Positions 17,857 through 30,175 of a stretch of DNA of 64,000 nucleotides are shown one piece after another. The position numbers and the translations under genes were made by a program. The notes under the pieces were generated by a model. It was not told where the DNA came from. It worked only from the letters and a program-made list of their open reading frames with translations, and did no database searches. The first letter of the stretch is position 1, and the number at the start of each line of letters is the position of its first letter. Source of the DNA: an uncultured Chloroflexia bacterium (GTDB taxonomy: Bacteria > Chloroflexota > Chloroflexia > QHBQ01 > JADMIH01); assembly GCA_963797095.1 (NCBI GenBank), contig CAWCNY010000003.1, positions 352,001 to 416,000 of the forward strand, read 5' to 3'.

Positions 17857-18984
17857 CTACTCCCCCAACAGCCACTTGTCCATCAGCGCCCGCGTCACAG
17901 GCCCGGTCTGAATATACCGGATGATCCCGTCCTTATCTATAAAGAAGGTGGTCGGGATCGGCAAAACGTGGTAAGTGCTGACCACCCCGCTATCCAGGTC
18001 GGGCAACAGCGGGAACCCCATCCCGAATTCATCGGCAAACGCCTTGATCGTGGAGGTGTCGCTCTGCGTCGCCACCCCCAGTATCTGGTAACTCCCCCCG
18101 CCCTCAGTTTCCTTGTACATCTGGGAGATTATGGGTATCTCTGCGCGGCAGGGTGGGCACCACGTCGCCCAGAAGTTGATCATCACCGGCTTGCCTTTCA
18201 GGCTTGACAGCGTGACCGCCTTCCCATCTACATCCCTCAGTGTGAAATCGGGCGCTTCCGCTCCCACCCTGGGCGCAGGCCCCGACCCCGGCGCTTTAAA
18301 TCGCTCGATCTTGGTGGTATCGGCAAGGCTCTGGAACCACTGGTTTGACAGGTTTTGCCTGTCGGTCTGGGTCTGCCCGCTCCCGGTCACCATCTGGATA
18401 TCTTTCAAAATCAGCAGCGTGTTCGCGCTGTACTGGCGAAGATCGTCCATAGTCAGGTTGTACCAACTCAGCATCTCGTCCAGGTCCCCAAGTTCGTGCC
18501 CCGATCCCGAAGCTATCTCTGTGACATCCTTATCTACCTCGCTGTTGGTCACTACCATGCCCGCTCTTTGGGCGTCCTGCACCTCCATTAGCTCGGTAAT
18601 CATATCTTCCAGGGCCGAAGTAGCGTTGGGCGGGTTGGTCACCGCGCGGCTGTACAGTTCGTTCAGGAACTTGAGCAGATCCAGCCTCTTCGCTACATCC
18701 TGCTGGTATATGAACTGGCCGTTCACCCGCGCCACCGCGCTATCCGGTATATTGGCGAGAGGGTTCGTGATCCAGGCCCACGCTATCGCCGCCGCCAATA
18801 CCACAATGATACCCACAGCAAGGACCGTGTATCGTCTGCGCGCCCTGGCTTTGGCCGCCGCCCTCGTAGGAGAAAGCACCACCGGGGTTTCCCTCACAGG
18901 CTCCGCCTCGCGGTGCGCCCTACCCCCGCTCTCGATCTCCACCTCGAACGTGATTCTCTTTTTGGTCGGTTCTGTCTTACTCAT
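17857..18984 (-). CDS. Membrane-anchored SurA-N-like domain fused to TlpA/ResA-type thiol-disulfide oxidoreductase
   Basis: TM; VARVNGQFI, ALEDMITELM SurA-N-like segment; APDFTL, NFWATWCPPCRAE, PTTFFID. Confidence 0.85.
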   Translation of the reverse strand: MSKTEPTKKRITFEVEIESGGRAHREAEPVRETPVVLSPTRAAAKARARRRYTVLAVGIIVVLAAAIAWAWITNPLANIPDSAVARVNGQFIYQQDVAKRLDLLKFLNELYSRAVTNPPNATSALEDMITELMEVQDAQRAGMVVTNSEVDKDVTEIASGSGHELGDLDEMLSWYNLTMDDLRQYSANTLLILKDIQMVTGSGQTQTDRQNLSNQWFQSLADTTKIERFKAPGSGPAPRVGAEAPDFTLRDVDGKAVTLSSLKGKPVMINFWATWCPPCRAEIPIISQMYKETEGGGSYQILGVATQSDTSTIKAFADEFGMGFPLLPDLDSGVVSTYHVLPIPTTFFIDKDGIIRYIQTGPVTRALMDKWLLGE

Positions 18985-19688
18985 ACCAGTGCCACTTCAT
19001 GATGTATCCGGTCCACGATGTACACGTGAGCCTCGCCGCCCAGCTTCCCCACTACCAGCGAAGCCAGGTCATCACAAGCCCTTCTCAACGGCTCGCTCCC
19101 CATCTCCGGCAGCGCCTCTATGCACAGAAATGCCCGTTTCGTGCCCTCAGTCAGCTTCGTACGCTCGGCTTCGCGCCAGTTCCACGAGCGGCATAGCACC
19201 CCCACATCGTCGCGGTAGATCACCTCTCCGGGCTGCGGCGGCTGCTCCTCCTCGGAGCCAAGCGGCACAAAATGCTCCCCACCCTCGGCGCGCATCAATC
19301 TTATGTCGCCTCTGACGCTATCGAGGTCCTCGCCACCGCAAGGCAAGAAGTACTTGAGCGACACACTATTGTAAAGGTCCACCAGCGGGTTGATGCTCCG
19401 AACGTTCCCGTTGCGGGCCGACCTCAGCAAGCTCTCAATTGATGACCTGTACTTGTTCGGCTTCATGCCAAATGCCGCGTAGGCGCTCCGCCAGGGGGCT
19501 ATGGCGGGGTGTCCCGCGATCTCCTCGTCCCCGATACGCGATGCCGCTTCGCGCATCCGGTTCGCAAGCAGAGGGGCCGTGATCTCGCTGGCCTCCCCTG
19601 TATTGTCGAGACCACTTACCGTTACTATCCCGATAACAGTCCCAGCAAAGAGGGACCGCAAACTCTCCTCAACGCGAAAGCGCATCAT
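18981..19688 (-). CDS. Free-standing B3/B4 (PheRS-beta editing-like) domain protein
   Basis: WRSAYAAFG, SSIESLLR, INPLVDLYNSVS, GGEDLD, WNWRE. Confidence 0.9.
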   Translation of the reverse strand: MMRFRVEESLRSLFAGTVIGIVTVSGLDNTGEASEITAPLLANRMREAASRIGDEEIAGHPAIAPWRSAYAAFGMKPNKYRSSIESLLRSARNGNVRSINPLVDLYNSVSLKYFLPCGGEDLDSVRGDIRLMRAEGGEHFVPLGSEEEQPPQPGEVIYRDDVGVLCRSWNWREAERTKLTEGTKRAFLCIEALPEMGSEPLRRACDDLASLVVGKLGGEAHVYIVDRIHHEVALV

Positions 19689-20480
19689 TTAGGACTGCGG
19701 GGTTATATCAATAGCGGGGCCGAACTGAGCCAGGAACGCCATCGAATTGGTAACGATCAAAATACCCATGAGCACCAGGAACACGCCGCTGACCAGCGAC
19801 ACGATGTTCACATGGTCGACCACCTTCCAGTTGCCCACCTTGACCGTATACATCTTGCGCGTGACCTTCTTGAGCCACCCCGCGATCTGTCCCATCGCCA
19901 ACCCTGCTACCAGGAACGGGATACCCAACCCAATCGAATAAGCCAGGAAAGGCACAAAAGCCTTGTCAGGCTCCCCATTCAGCGCCAGTGTGATCAATAT
20001 GCCAAGCCAGTAGCTTATGCACGGCGTCCACCCGATGGCGAAGCCGATCCCGATCAGAAACGACCGCAAATATCCCAGGTTCGACGCTGGCCGTATATCC
20101 AACCGGCGGGTGTAATCGAGAAAGGGTATTTTGATCACGCCCATCGCGTTCAAGCCGAACACGATCAGCACCAGGCCCATAACCCATTGCAGAAGCGACC
20201 TGTTGGCCCTGAACAACTCGCTGACCGCGCCCGCCAGGCTCCCCACTACCACCACAAAGATGAAGGTAAATCCCAGCACGAACATCAGCGAATGCAGCAG
20301 CGCGATCCACCGCACATTGGCTGTGGAAACAGTCGCTGCCGCCGCCCCACCACGCCGCGCGTCGGTCACAACCGACCCACCGAGGTACCCGATATAAGCA
20401 GGTATGAGCGGCAGCACACACGGCGACAAGAACGACAGCAGCCCAGCCGCGAATGCTACAAACAGTGATGGTGCTTCCAT
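19689..20480 (-). CDS. ccdA: Cytochrome c biogenesis protein CcdA
   Basis: LSFLSPCVLPLIPAY and FAIGWTPC motifs; 6 TM. Confidence 0.92.
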   Translation of the reverse strand: MEAPSLFVAFAAGLLSFLSPCVLPLIPAYIGYLGGSVVTDARRGGAAAATVSTANVRWIALLHSLMFVLGFTFIFVVVVGSLAGAVSELFRANRSLLQWVMGLVLIVFGLNAMGVIKIPFLDYTRRLDIRPASNLGYLRSFLIGIGFAIGWTPCISYWLGILITLALNGEPDKAFVPFLAYSIGLGIPFLVAGLAMGQIAGWLKKVTRKMYTVKVGNWKVVDHVNIVSLVSGVFLVLMGILIVTNSMAFLAQFGPAIDITPQS

Positions 20481-20505
20481 AGGCTATCTCCTCAGTGAAT
20501 AATGC

Positions 20506-20757
20506 TCAAACCTTGCGCGCCCTGTCGAAGTAGGCCCTCAAATCATGCTCGGTAATCGGCGCGCTCAATCTGCCCTCACGCGCCCCCACCACTTCCACCA
20601 CAGGGATGACGTTCCTAAGCTCCTCATAGATTGCCATATCATTGAGGATGTTCACCTCCGTAAGCTCCATCCCGTATCTCGGTGTGAGCTTGTCCAACAG
20701 GAGAAGAGCCTCGTCACACAGATGGCAGCCAGGCTTGGTGTAAACAGTTACGCGCAT
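20506..20757 (-). CDS. Glutaredoxin-like protein (DUF836 type)
   Basis: YTKPGCHLCDEA, IPVV. Confidence 0.85.
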   Translation of the reverse strand: MRVTVYTKPGCHLCDEALLLLDKLTPRYGMELTEVNILNDMAIYEELRNVIPVVEVVGAREGRLSAPITEHDLRAYFDRARKV

Positions 20758-20934
20758 AAGGACCAGGGAAAGGGGTCAGAGACCATACATAGATTGGGCA
20801 ACAAACATGGTAGCCGCTATTGGTCATTATACGGAGCGTGCCGCCGGGGTGTCAACAACTCGCCGGTATGTTACAATGGATGTTGCCCCCGTAATGCGGG
20901 CTACAGCGTTGTATCCACCAATGGAGGTTCAAAT

Positions 20935-22293
20935 ATGGTCATGCAATCCGATCTCTCCAGCGAGATCAAGTCCGAAATGCCCGACATCCACACACCGCTC
21001 CCGGGCCCCGAGGCCAAACCTGTATTGGAGCGCGATGAAGCCGTTATCTCACCGTCCTACACCCGCTCCTATCCCTTCGTGATGGACCACGGCAAGGGGA
21101 GCCACGTCTGGGACGTAGACGGCAACCGCTACATAGATTTCACAGCAGGCGTAGCCGTGCTCGCCACGGGCCATGCCCACCCTGAGGTCGTAAAAGCCAT
21201 CCAGGAGCAGGCCAAGCGCTACATCCACATGGCGGGCACAGATTTCTATCTGCCCAACGCCGTCGAGCTTGCCGAAGCCCTCACCCGCATCACCCCCGGC
21301 AGCTTCGACAAGCAGGTATTCTTCACCAACTCCGGCACCGAATCGATAGAAGCCGCCATGAAGCTCTGCCGCCACCATACCGGCAGGCCGGTGTTGATCT
21401 CCTTCATGGGTGGGTTCCACGGACGCACCTACGGCTCGATGTCGCTCTCCTCAAGCAAGTACTTGCATCGCACCGGCTACCAGCCCCTTGTCGCCGGTAT
21501 CTATCAAGCGCCATACCCCAACACCTACCGCCCGCCCCTCGATGCCGCCCCCGACAAGTTGGGCCGCGCGTGTGTCGATTACATTGAGAAGACCATGTTC
21601 CGCCACCTGGTATCGCCCAAAGAGGTCGCGGGTATCTTCGTGGAACCGATCCAGGGCGAAGGCGGCTACATCGTCCCACCCGACGATTTCTACCCCGCCC
21701 TCCGCGACCTTTGCGACCGCTACCACATACCTCTGGTTATGGACGAAGTGCAGTCGGGCATGGGTCGCACAGGCAAGATGTTCGCAATCGAGCACTGGGG
21801 TATCGAGCCTGACATCGTCTGCATCGCCAAGGGGATCGCTTCCGGTATGCCGATGGGCGCTATCGTGGCTCGCAAGACCATCATGGAGACCTGGCCCTCA
21901 GGCGCGCACGCCAACACCTACGGCGGCAACGCCCTCGCCTGCGCCGCTGCCCTCACCACCATCCGCCTCCTCGAAGAAGGGATGGTCGAGAACGCCGCTA
22001 AGGTGGGCGAGCACATGAAGGCCCGCCTGCAAACCTGGATGGACCGCTATCCCTTCATTGGTGACGTGAGAGGCAAGGGCCTCATGCTCGCCGTCGAGAT
22101 CGTCTCCGACCGCGTGAACAAGACCGCCGATCCCGCTCTCCGCGACAAGATCGTAGACCTATCGTTCGAGAACGGCCTCCTTCTCCTCGGCGCAGGACTC
22201 AACGCCATCCGCTTCTGCCCGCCCCTCAACATCGATGAAGCAACCATCGACGCGGGCCTTGAGGTAATGGAAAAGGCGATGGACTCGCTCTAG
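20935..22293 (+). CDS. Class-III PLP aminotransferase (4-aminobutyrate/acetylornithine aminotransferase family)
   Basis: DVDGNRYIDF, NSGTES, FHGRT, EPIQGEGG, DEVQSGMGRTG, AKGIASG; ATG after GGAGG. Confidence 0.92.
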   Translation: MVMQSDLSSEIKSEMPDIHTPLPGPEAKPVLERDEAVISPSYTRSYPFVMDHGKGSHVWDVDGNRYIDFTAGVAVLATGHAHPEVVKAIQEQAKRYIHMAGTDFYLPNAVELAEALTRITPGSFDKQVFFTNSGTESIEAAMKLCRHHTGRPVLISFMGGFHGRTYGSMSLSSSKYLHRTGYQPLVAGIYQAPYPNTYRPPLDAAPDKLGRACVDYIEKTMFRHLVSPKEVAGIFVEPIQGEGGYIVPPDDFYPALRDLCDRYHIPLVMDEVQSGMGRTGKMFAIEHWGIEPDIVCIAKGIASGMPMGAIVARKTIMETWPSGAHANTYGGNALACAAALTTIRLLEEGMVENAAKVGEHMKARLQTWMDRYPFIGDVRGKGLMLAVEIVSDRVNKTADPALRDKIVDLSFENGLLLLGAGLNAIRFCPPLNIDEATIDAGLEVMEKAMDSL

Positions 22294-22316
22294 TATTCGA
22301 CTCCTGTAATAACGGA

Positions 22317-22343
22317 AATGGGCCGCCCGCCGGGCGGCCCATT
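22317..22343. terminator. Hairpin between convergent genes
   Basis: AATGGGCCGCCC-gcc-GGGCGGCCCATT. Confidence 0.7.
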
Positions 22344-22364
22344 GCATTTAGCTCAGTGTTGCTT

Positions 22365-22727
22365 TTATAGCCCGTGCGAGTTGTCCAACAGATAGGTATA
22401 GAACCCATATGCCGCGATACACACCAGCGACGAAGCCAGCGAAGTCGCCAGTACCCGCAAAAGGGCCTGCGCGAAACCTGTAATCGAGTGATCCGCCTGC
22501 CCGGCAAAGAGTGCCAGCATTACGAGGAACACCACCAATGGAATAAGCGAGAAGATCCGCCGGGCTGTGTGCAGCCTGGGGTCATTGTTGCGTGTTGAGT
22601 TGCTTGCCCAGTCAGATTGTCGAGAAAGCTCTACGTCGAGCGAGCGTAGTATCGTCGAGATCGTGCTGTAGTTGCGCTGTCCGGCCTGTTGTAACACTGC
22701 GGTTGCCCCCTGCGTTGTAGAACGCAT
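22365..22727 (-). CDS. Hypothetical small membrane protein
   Basis: Two C-terminal hydrophobic helices; start uncertain. Confidence 0.5.
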   Translation of the reverse strand: MRSTTQGATAVLQQAGQRNYSTISTILRSLDVELSRQSDWASNSTRNNDPRLHTARRIFSLIPLVVFLVMLALFAGQADHSITGFAQALLRVLATSLASSLVCIAAYGFYTYLLDNSHGL

Positions 22728-22923
22728 GTGAAAAGCTAAGGGGAGCGGCCCAGCTGCCAAGCCAAGCTAGCGAAGTGCCACACGCCAACTGCTCGTCTCA
22801 AATCAGAACCCTGAGATACCCTGACCAGCAGGCCGCTCTAGCTGTTCCCAGTGTACCCCAGCGAACTACCCTCGTATATAGCTAACTTGGGCTATTCTCA
22901 CACAGACAGAATTACCAGGACCC

Positions 22924-23115
22924 CTACTGTCCGATGGTCCCGATGTGCGAAATAGCCCACACAATTATCATCCCTCCGAGTACCACAAACATGGCGATCA
23001 TGGCCCAATACATGCAGCTAGGACCTATCAAATCGTCCGGGTTCAGGCGCGACCTTCGACGCGCCATTTCTTCCGAGAGCTCAACCGTCTCATTCGACTC
23101 AGGATCGACTGACAT
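22924..23115 (-). CDS. Hypothetical small single-TM protein
   Basis: AGGAG RBS; 63 aa with a C-terminal TM. Confidence 0.65.
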   Translation of the reverse strand: MSVDPESNETVELSEEMARRRSRLNPDDLIGPSCMYWAMIAMFVVLGGMIIVWAISHIGTIGQ

Positions 23116-23178
23116 AGCTTCTCCTCTGGTGTAGTTTTAGGTTCACAAAAGTATAGCACAAGGCAAGCCCGGCGCTCA

Positions 23179-23862
23179 CTACGCTTTCGGCCTGCTTACA
23201 TACACGTGCTGCGCGATCTCCCTCTCCACCCTCTGCGGAACGCTACTTTCCTCCAATATGTCATCACCATCCAGTACTACTTCAACAGAGCCATCCGAAG
23301 AATCATGCCCTCTAACCCTGAGAGCCACATTTGGAAGCAAGCCAAGCTCCGCCGCGTGCCGCAACAGCTCAGGGTTATCATCCGGTATGTGCTGCACCAC
23401 CGATGATGTACCGGGTGTCAGATCGTACAGTGTGATCATGTCGCGCTCGGTTACTGTTCCAGAGGAACTCGGGATCGGTGCGCCATGAGGATCGAACTGC
23501 GGATAGCCTAACCTGGCATCGATCCTCTCCTCCAGGTAGGGCGAGATCGCGTGCTCCAACCTCTCCGCTTCATCATGCACTCGATCCCACGGCACGCCGA
23601 GATACTGGTTGAGGTACAACTCGATAAGCCTATGTCGCCGGATTACCCGCAGGGCCTCGGCCATCCCTTTGTCCGTCAGGATCACTCCCTTGTACCTGGT
23701 GTAGTCGACCATAGCCTGGTTCTGGAGCCACTGCAACATGGAGGTAACAGAAGCCGCGCGCACACCAAGCGCCTCAGCGATCGCGTTGGTGGTGGCGGGT
23801 GCGCCGTCTCGCTGAAGCTTATAAATAGCCTTCAAATAGTCTTCAACAGCCCGTGTGACCAT
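23179..23862 (-). CDS. DtxR/MntR-family metal-dependent transcriptional regulator with FeoA-like C-terminus
   Basis: EDYLKAIY, RRHRLIE, HDEAERLEHA, DPHGAPIP. Confidence 0.93.
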   Translation of the reverse strand: MVTRAVEDYLKAIYKLQRDGAPATTNAIAEALGVRAASVTSMLQWLQNQAMVDYTRYKGVILTDKGMAEALRVIRRHRLIELYLNQYLGVPWDRVHDEAERLEHAISPYLEERIDARLGYPQFDPHGAPIPSSSGTVTERDMITLYDLTPGTSSVVQHIPDDNPELLRHAAELGLLPNVALRVRGHDSSDGSVEVVLDGDDILEESSVPQRVEREIAQHVYVSRPKA

Positions 23863-23961
23863 GATGCTATTGTATCACACAGGCATGGAACGCGGGCTAG
23901 TGCGTACTGCGTACTGCGTATTGCTTATCTTGCTTTCTCTATGTGGCGTGGGAATTTGTAT

Positions 23962-24164
23962 CACAAACATGAGGCATCCCGAATTTTAAATGCAGCTTCG
24001 CAGGCGCGCAATCGGGTTCTAAAAAGAGCGATATTGGCGGCGACGCCGCCAATATCGCTCTTTTTAGAAGGCCCCTCCCCAAATTTCGGGGAGGGGTGGG
24101 GTCTTTGACCATTTCCAATCTGTTTTACGCACGAATCCGAAATTCGGGATGCCTCATGTTTGTG
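23962..24164. mobile_element. MITE-like element with perfect 25-bp terminal inverted repeats and internal hairpins
   Basis: CACAAACATGAGGCATCCCGAATTT at 23962-23986 and its reverse complement at 24140-24164; internal long palindrome at about 24019-24067. Confidence 0.7.
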
Positions 24165-24175
24165 GTTCGACAGAG

Positions 24176-26908
<2,733 letters not shown>

Positions 26909-26976
26909 CGTCGTAGTCTCCCTTTCAGGTTTGTCTCACCGCAGAGGCGCAGAGAGCGCGAAGGGTTCTGGAGGTT

Positions 26977-27245
26977 AAACAAAAAACCCTCTCGTCCGCG
27001 CAGGACGAAAGAGCATGCTTTCGTGGTACCACCTTGCTTCGGCGACCCGCCTACTCATGTACGCGAGTTCACCCTCTGACGGCTGTATCGGGCCTACCCG
27101 TGCGGGCTGAGAGGTATTTTGACCTGTTCACCCACAGGCTCCGGAGTGACCTTCGAACGCTTTTACCGCAAGAGGCTTACAGCCGGTGGCCTCTATTCTC
27201 TGTTAGCGGTCGGGAGCGTCCTACTCCTCTCCTTCACTGCCTTGC
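26977..27245 (-). ncRNA. T-box riboswitch (Val, specifier GUC) with terminator
   Basis: AAGGTGGTACCACG T-box; stem I with AGAGA and GCTG motifs; specifier loop GAAG-GTC-A (27148-27150); terminator hairpin with T tract at 26977-27013. Confidence 0.93.
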
Positions 27246-27265
27246 GTGTATGCGGTTGTAGGGGT

Positions 27266-27295
27266 ATTATACGTGCGTGTACGCCCTTTTGTCAA
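27266..27295 (-). promoter_or_regulatory. Consensus sigma70 promoter for valS
   Basis: TTGACA-N18-TATAAT. Confidence 0.85.
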
Positions 27296-27357
27296 TCGGT
27301 CGGGAGATGTAAGCAGGCGTATGCAAAGCCGTTGTCTGCCCCACCAGGATGAGCTAC

Positions 27358-27442
27358 GTCATTCTGAACAGTGAGATTACAGAATTGTTTCAGAAAACGA
27401 ACCAACAAAGAGGTTGTCATCCTTCACTTCGTTCAGAATGAC
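27358..27442. repeat. REP-like inverted repeat GTCATTCTGAAC...GTTCAGAATGAC
   Basis: 12-bp inverted repeat; related half-sites at about 45113 and 56162. Confidence 0.6.
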
Positions 27443-27590
27443 AAAGCCTAGTCAGGTAGCATTCGCCATTCGTACTATTGATTTTGCATTCGCCTTACAT
27501 GGGATCTTGACTCTTACGCAACGTCACGCCTTAGTATAGGTATTGTGCTTGCAAGCACCCCACAACCTATCACTGAGGAGTAACACTAGA

Positions 27591-28064
27591 ATGGAATCGA
27601 CCGAAGAAATCTACCCAATGCCCTCATTCCCGATACTGAACGTCGCGGATCTCGCCGTTTCGTCGCGTTGGTACCAGGAAGCCCTCGGTTTTCGGCATGT
27701 GTTCACCATGTCGGGGCCGGGCGGGGTGCCTCTGCTGGCGCACCTGCGATGGGTGAAGTACGCCGACCTGTTGCTCGGCGCACGTCCTGTGGAGCCTGGG
27801 CAGCGCGGGCTTGGCATGATCCTCAGTTTCAGCGCATTTCTGGCCGAAAGAAAGGTGGACGATATAGCAGCTCAGGCGGAAAAGTATGGAGCGCACATCG
27901 TCGCGCCCCCGGCTGATATGCCCTGGAACGCGCGCGAGTGCACTATTGCAGACCCCGACGGCTTCAGGCTCACCTTTACCGAGCCTATCAACATCGGCAG
28001 AAACTTCGAAGATGTGATCCAGCAAGCCAGCAGGGCGGAGATGGAACGCCCAGGGTCAAACTAA
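27591..28064 (+). CDS. VOC/glyoxalase family protein
   Basis: LNVADL, WYQEALGF, PWNARECTIADPDGFRL. Confidence 0.85.
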   Translation: MESTEEIYPMPSFPILNVADLAVSSRWYQEALGFRHVFTMSGPGGVPLLAHLRWVKYADLLLGARPVEPGQRGLGMILSFSAFLAERKVDDIAAQAEKYGAHIVAPPADMPWNARECTIADPDGFRLTFTEPINIGRNFEDVIQQASRAEMERPGSN

Positions 28065-28096
28065 GCTCGAATATATCGGATAGAGAGGACCATCAA

Positions 28097-29191
28097 ATGG
28101 CAACCGAGCGAATACCCTTCGTCAATCTCGTGGAGCTTGAGGCGCTGGCCCGCGAACAGCTCCGGCAGGCTCACTTCGACTATATAGCGGGCGCAGCAGA
28201 CGATGAAGTTACCCACCGCCGCAACCGGGAGGACTTCGAGCGCATCACCCTGCGCCCCCGTTACATGGTCGACGTGAGCAACATAGACACGACTACCACC
28301 GTGCTTGGCGAGTCTCTAGCGTTCCCGGTGCTGCTCGCGCCCGCCGCAGGCCACAAGCTATGCTGCCCCGACGGCGAGGAGGCAACGGCCAGGGCCGCCG
28401 CGAGCGCGGGCATTGCGATGATCCTCTCTACTCTCTCCACAGTCTCTATGGAAGATGTGGCCGCCACCTCGGACGGTCCCAAGTGGTTCCAACTCTACGT
28501 CTACAAGGACCGCGAGATCACCCGCCAGTTGGTGCAACGGGCCGAGGCGGCAGGCTATAAAGCTCTCTGCCTGACGGTGGATGTGCCCGTCATAGGCAAC
28601 CGCGAGCGCGACCTGCGCAACGCCTTCTCGCTCACCGACGAGTACCCTCTCGCCAACTTCCTTGGCATGGATATGGCGCAGATGCCCGCAGGCGTAATCA
28701 ACGAGTTGTCAGGCTTCACTGCGTACATCTCCTCTAAATGGGACCCCTCCCTCACCTGGGCCGACTTCGACTGGTTCCGCTCGATCACCAGCCTGCCTAT
28801 AGTGATCAAAGGGATCCTCACAAGTGAGGACGCTAAAGAAGCGGCGCAGCGTGGCGCGGACGGCATTATCGTGAGCAACCACGGCGGCAGGCAGTTGGAC
28901 AGCACCCCTTCCGGTATATCGGCCCTTCCCGAAGTGGTGGAGGCCATAGATGGCAAGTGCGAGGTGCTGGTAGACGGCGGGGTGCGCCGGGGCACCGATG
29001 TAATCAAAGCGCTCGCCTTAGGAGCACGCGCCGTTCTCATAGGTCGCCCCTATATGTGGGGCTTGGCAATAGCAGGAGAAAATGGCGTCAGCTCGGTGCT
29101 GGAAGTCCTGCGCCGCGAACTTGTAACCGCCATGGGCCTGACAGGTCGCCCAACCATAGCCAGCATAGATCGGACGCTGGTAAGTTGCTAG
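28097..29191 (+). CDS. FMN-dependent alpha-hydroxy acid oxidase/dehydrogenase
   Basis: WFQLY, LTVDVP, RERD, KGI, SNHGGRQLD, DGGVRRGTD. Confidence 0.95.
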   Translation: MATERIPFVNLVELEALAREQLRQAHFDYIAGAADDEVTHRRNREDFERITLRPRYMVDVSNIDTTTTVLGESLAFPVLLAPAAGHKLCCPDGEEATARAAASAGIAMILSTLSTVSMEDVAATSDGPKWFQLYVYKDREITRQLVQRAEAAGYKALCLTVDVPVIGNRERDLRNAFSLTDEYPLANFLGMDMAQMPAGVINELSGFTAYISSKWDPSLTWADFDWFRSITSLPIVIKGILTSEDAKEAAQRGADGIIVSNHGGRQLDSTPSGISALPEVVEAIDGKCEVLVDGGVRRGTDVIKALALGARAVLIGRPYMWGLAIAGENGVSSVLEVLRRELVTAMGLTGRPTIASIDRTLVSC

Positions 29192-29285
29192 TTCCGAGTT
29201 CCAAGTTGCTGGTTCCTGGTTGTTCATCGTCTATCGTCCTCCGACTACCGACTACCAGGAACTTGGAACTAGCAACTTGGAACTA
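29190..29285. repeat. Composite heptamer-repeat hairpin between convergent genes
   Basis: (AGTTCCA)-type arm, spacer shared with 16635-16680, inverted (GGAACTT) arm. Confidence 0.85.
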
Positions 29286-29873
29286 CGGAACATATCCAAG
29301 CCGCTGCTCAAGCGCGGCTTTCACTTGGGGCCACTCGGCTTCTATTATGCTGAACATCACGCTATTGCGGTAATAACCGTCGGGCAGGATGTAGTGGTTG
29401 CGAAGCGTGCCCTCCAGTTTCGCCCCTAACTTCGCCATAGCGCGCTGGCTCTGGACATTGCGCTCGTCAGTCTTCAATTGGACCCTAATCGCACCCAGAG
29501 TCTCAAGTGCGTGGCGCAGCAGCATGTATTTATTCTCAGGGTTTACCTGCGTCCCCTGGTATGCCTTGCCGAGCCACGTATAACCGATCTCTAACCCTCG
29601 ATGCTCAGAGCGTACATCCATGTAGGAGGTCGTACCGACAGCCTGCCCAAGTTCTTTCAGGATAATCGCAAATGGCATGCGTCCCGGCACGCTCAACGAC
29701 TTGCGCATATACTCGGCCCAGGCCTCATCGGAAGCATCGGCGGGAGCGAGAGGGTGCCAGCGCAGAATAGTCTGATCTTGAAGCCAGGATGCGTGCAAAC
29801 CCGCGAAGTGCTCCGGCCCAAGAGGCTCCAGCCGCACAGTCTTGCCCTCGAGAGTAACAGGCTCAACCCACAT
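29283..29873 (-). CDS. GNAT N-acetyltransferase (RimJ/RimL-like)
   Basis: VRLEPL, EIGYTW, KTDERNVQSQRAMAKLGAKLEG; ATG after AGGAG. Confidence 0.9.
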   Translation of the reverse strand: MWVEPVTLEGKTVRLEPLGPEHFAGLHASWLQDQTILRWHPLAPADASDEAWAEYMRKSLSVPGRMPFAIILKELGQAVGTTSYMDVRSEHRGLEIGYTWLGKAYQGTQVNPENKYMLLRHALETLGAIRVQLKTDERNVQSQRAMAKLGAKLEGTLRNHYILPDGYYRNSVMFSIIEAEWPQVKAALEQRLGYVP

Positions 29874-29953
29874 AAATGCTCCTATTGGACGAAGGACGAA
29901 GGACGAAGGACGAATGAACCAAATTAGCATTCGCCTTTCGTCTTTCGTCCGTT

Positions 29954-29990
29954 AAAGCCAAACACCCGCCGGGCAGAGCGGGTGTCTGGT
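29954..29990 (-). terminator. Probable terminator hairpin
   Basis: ACCAGACACCCGC...GCGGGTGTTTGGC followed by TTT on the minus strand. Confidence 0.5.
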
Positions 29991-30175
29991 TGCAAGGAAG
30001 GAGCGAAGAGCCATGCGGCGCAAAGTACATGTGATCTCCGTTCACCTATTACGACGAACGACCCCAATCCTTTATTACACCATTACAACGAATTTGCCGG
30101 AAAATTCGCAGATTCTGCCGTTTTCACGCTCTAACTATCGGCTTCTGCGGTCCCGGACAGGGAATTCCATGGGCA

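Noticed and set aside
29863-30045. Possible leader peptide upstream of the GNAT gene
   Set aside because: The frame runs through a hairpin and heptamer repeats and has no regulatory codon run.
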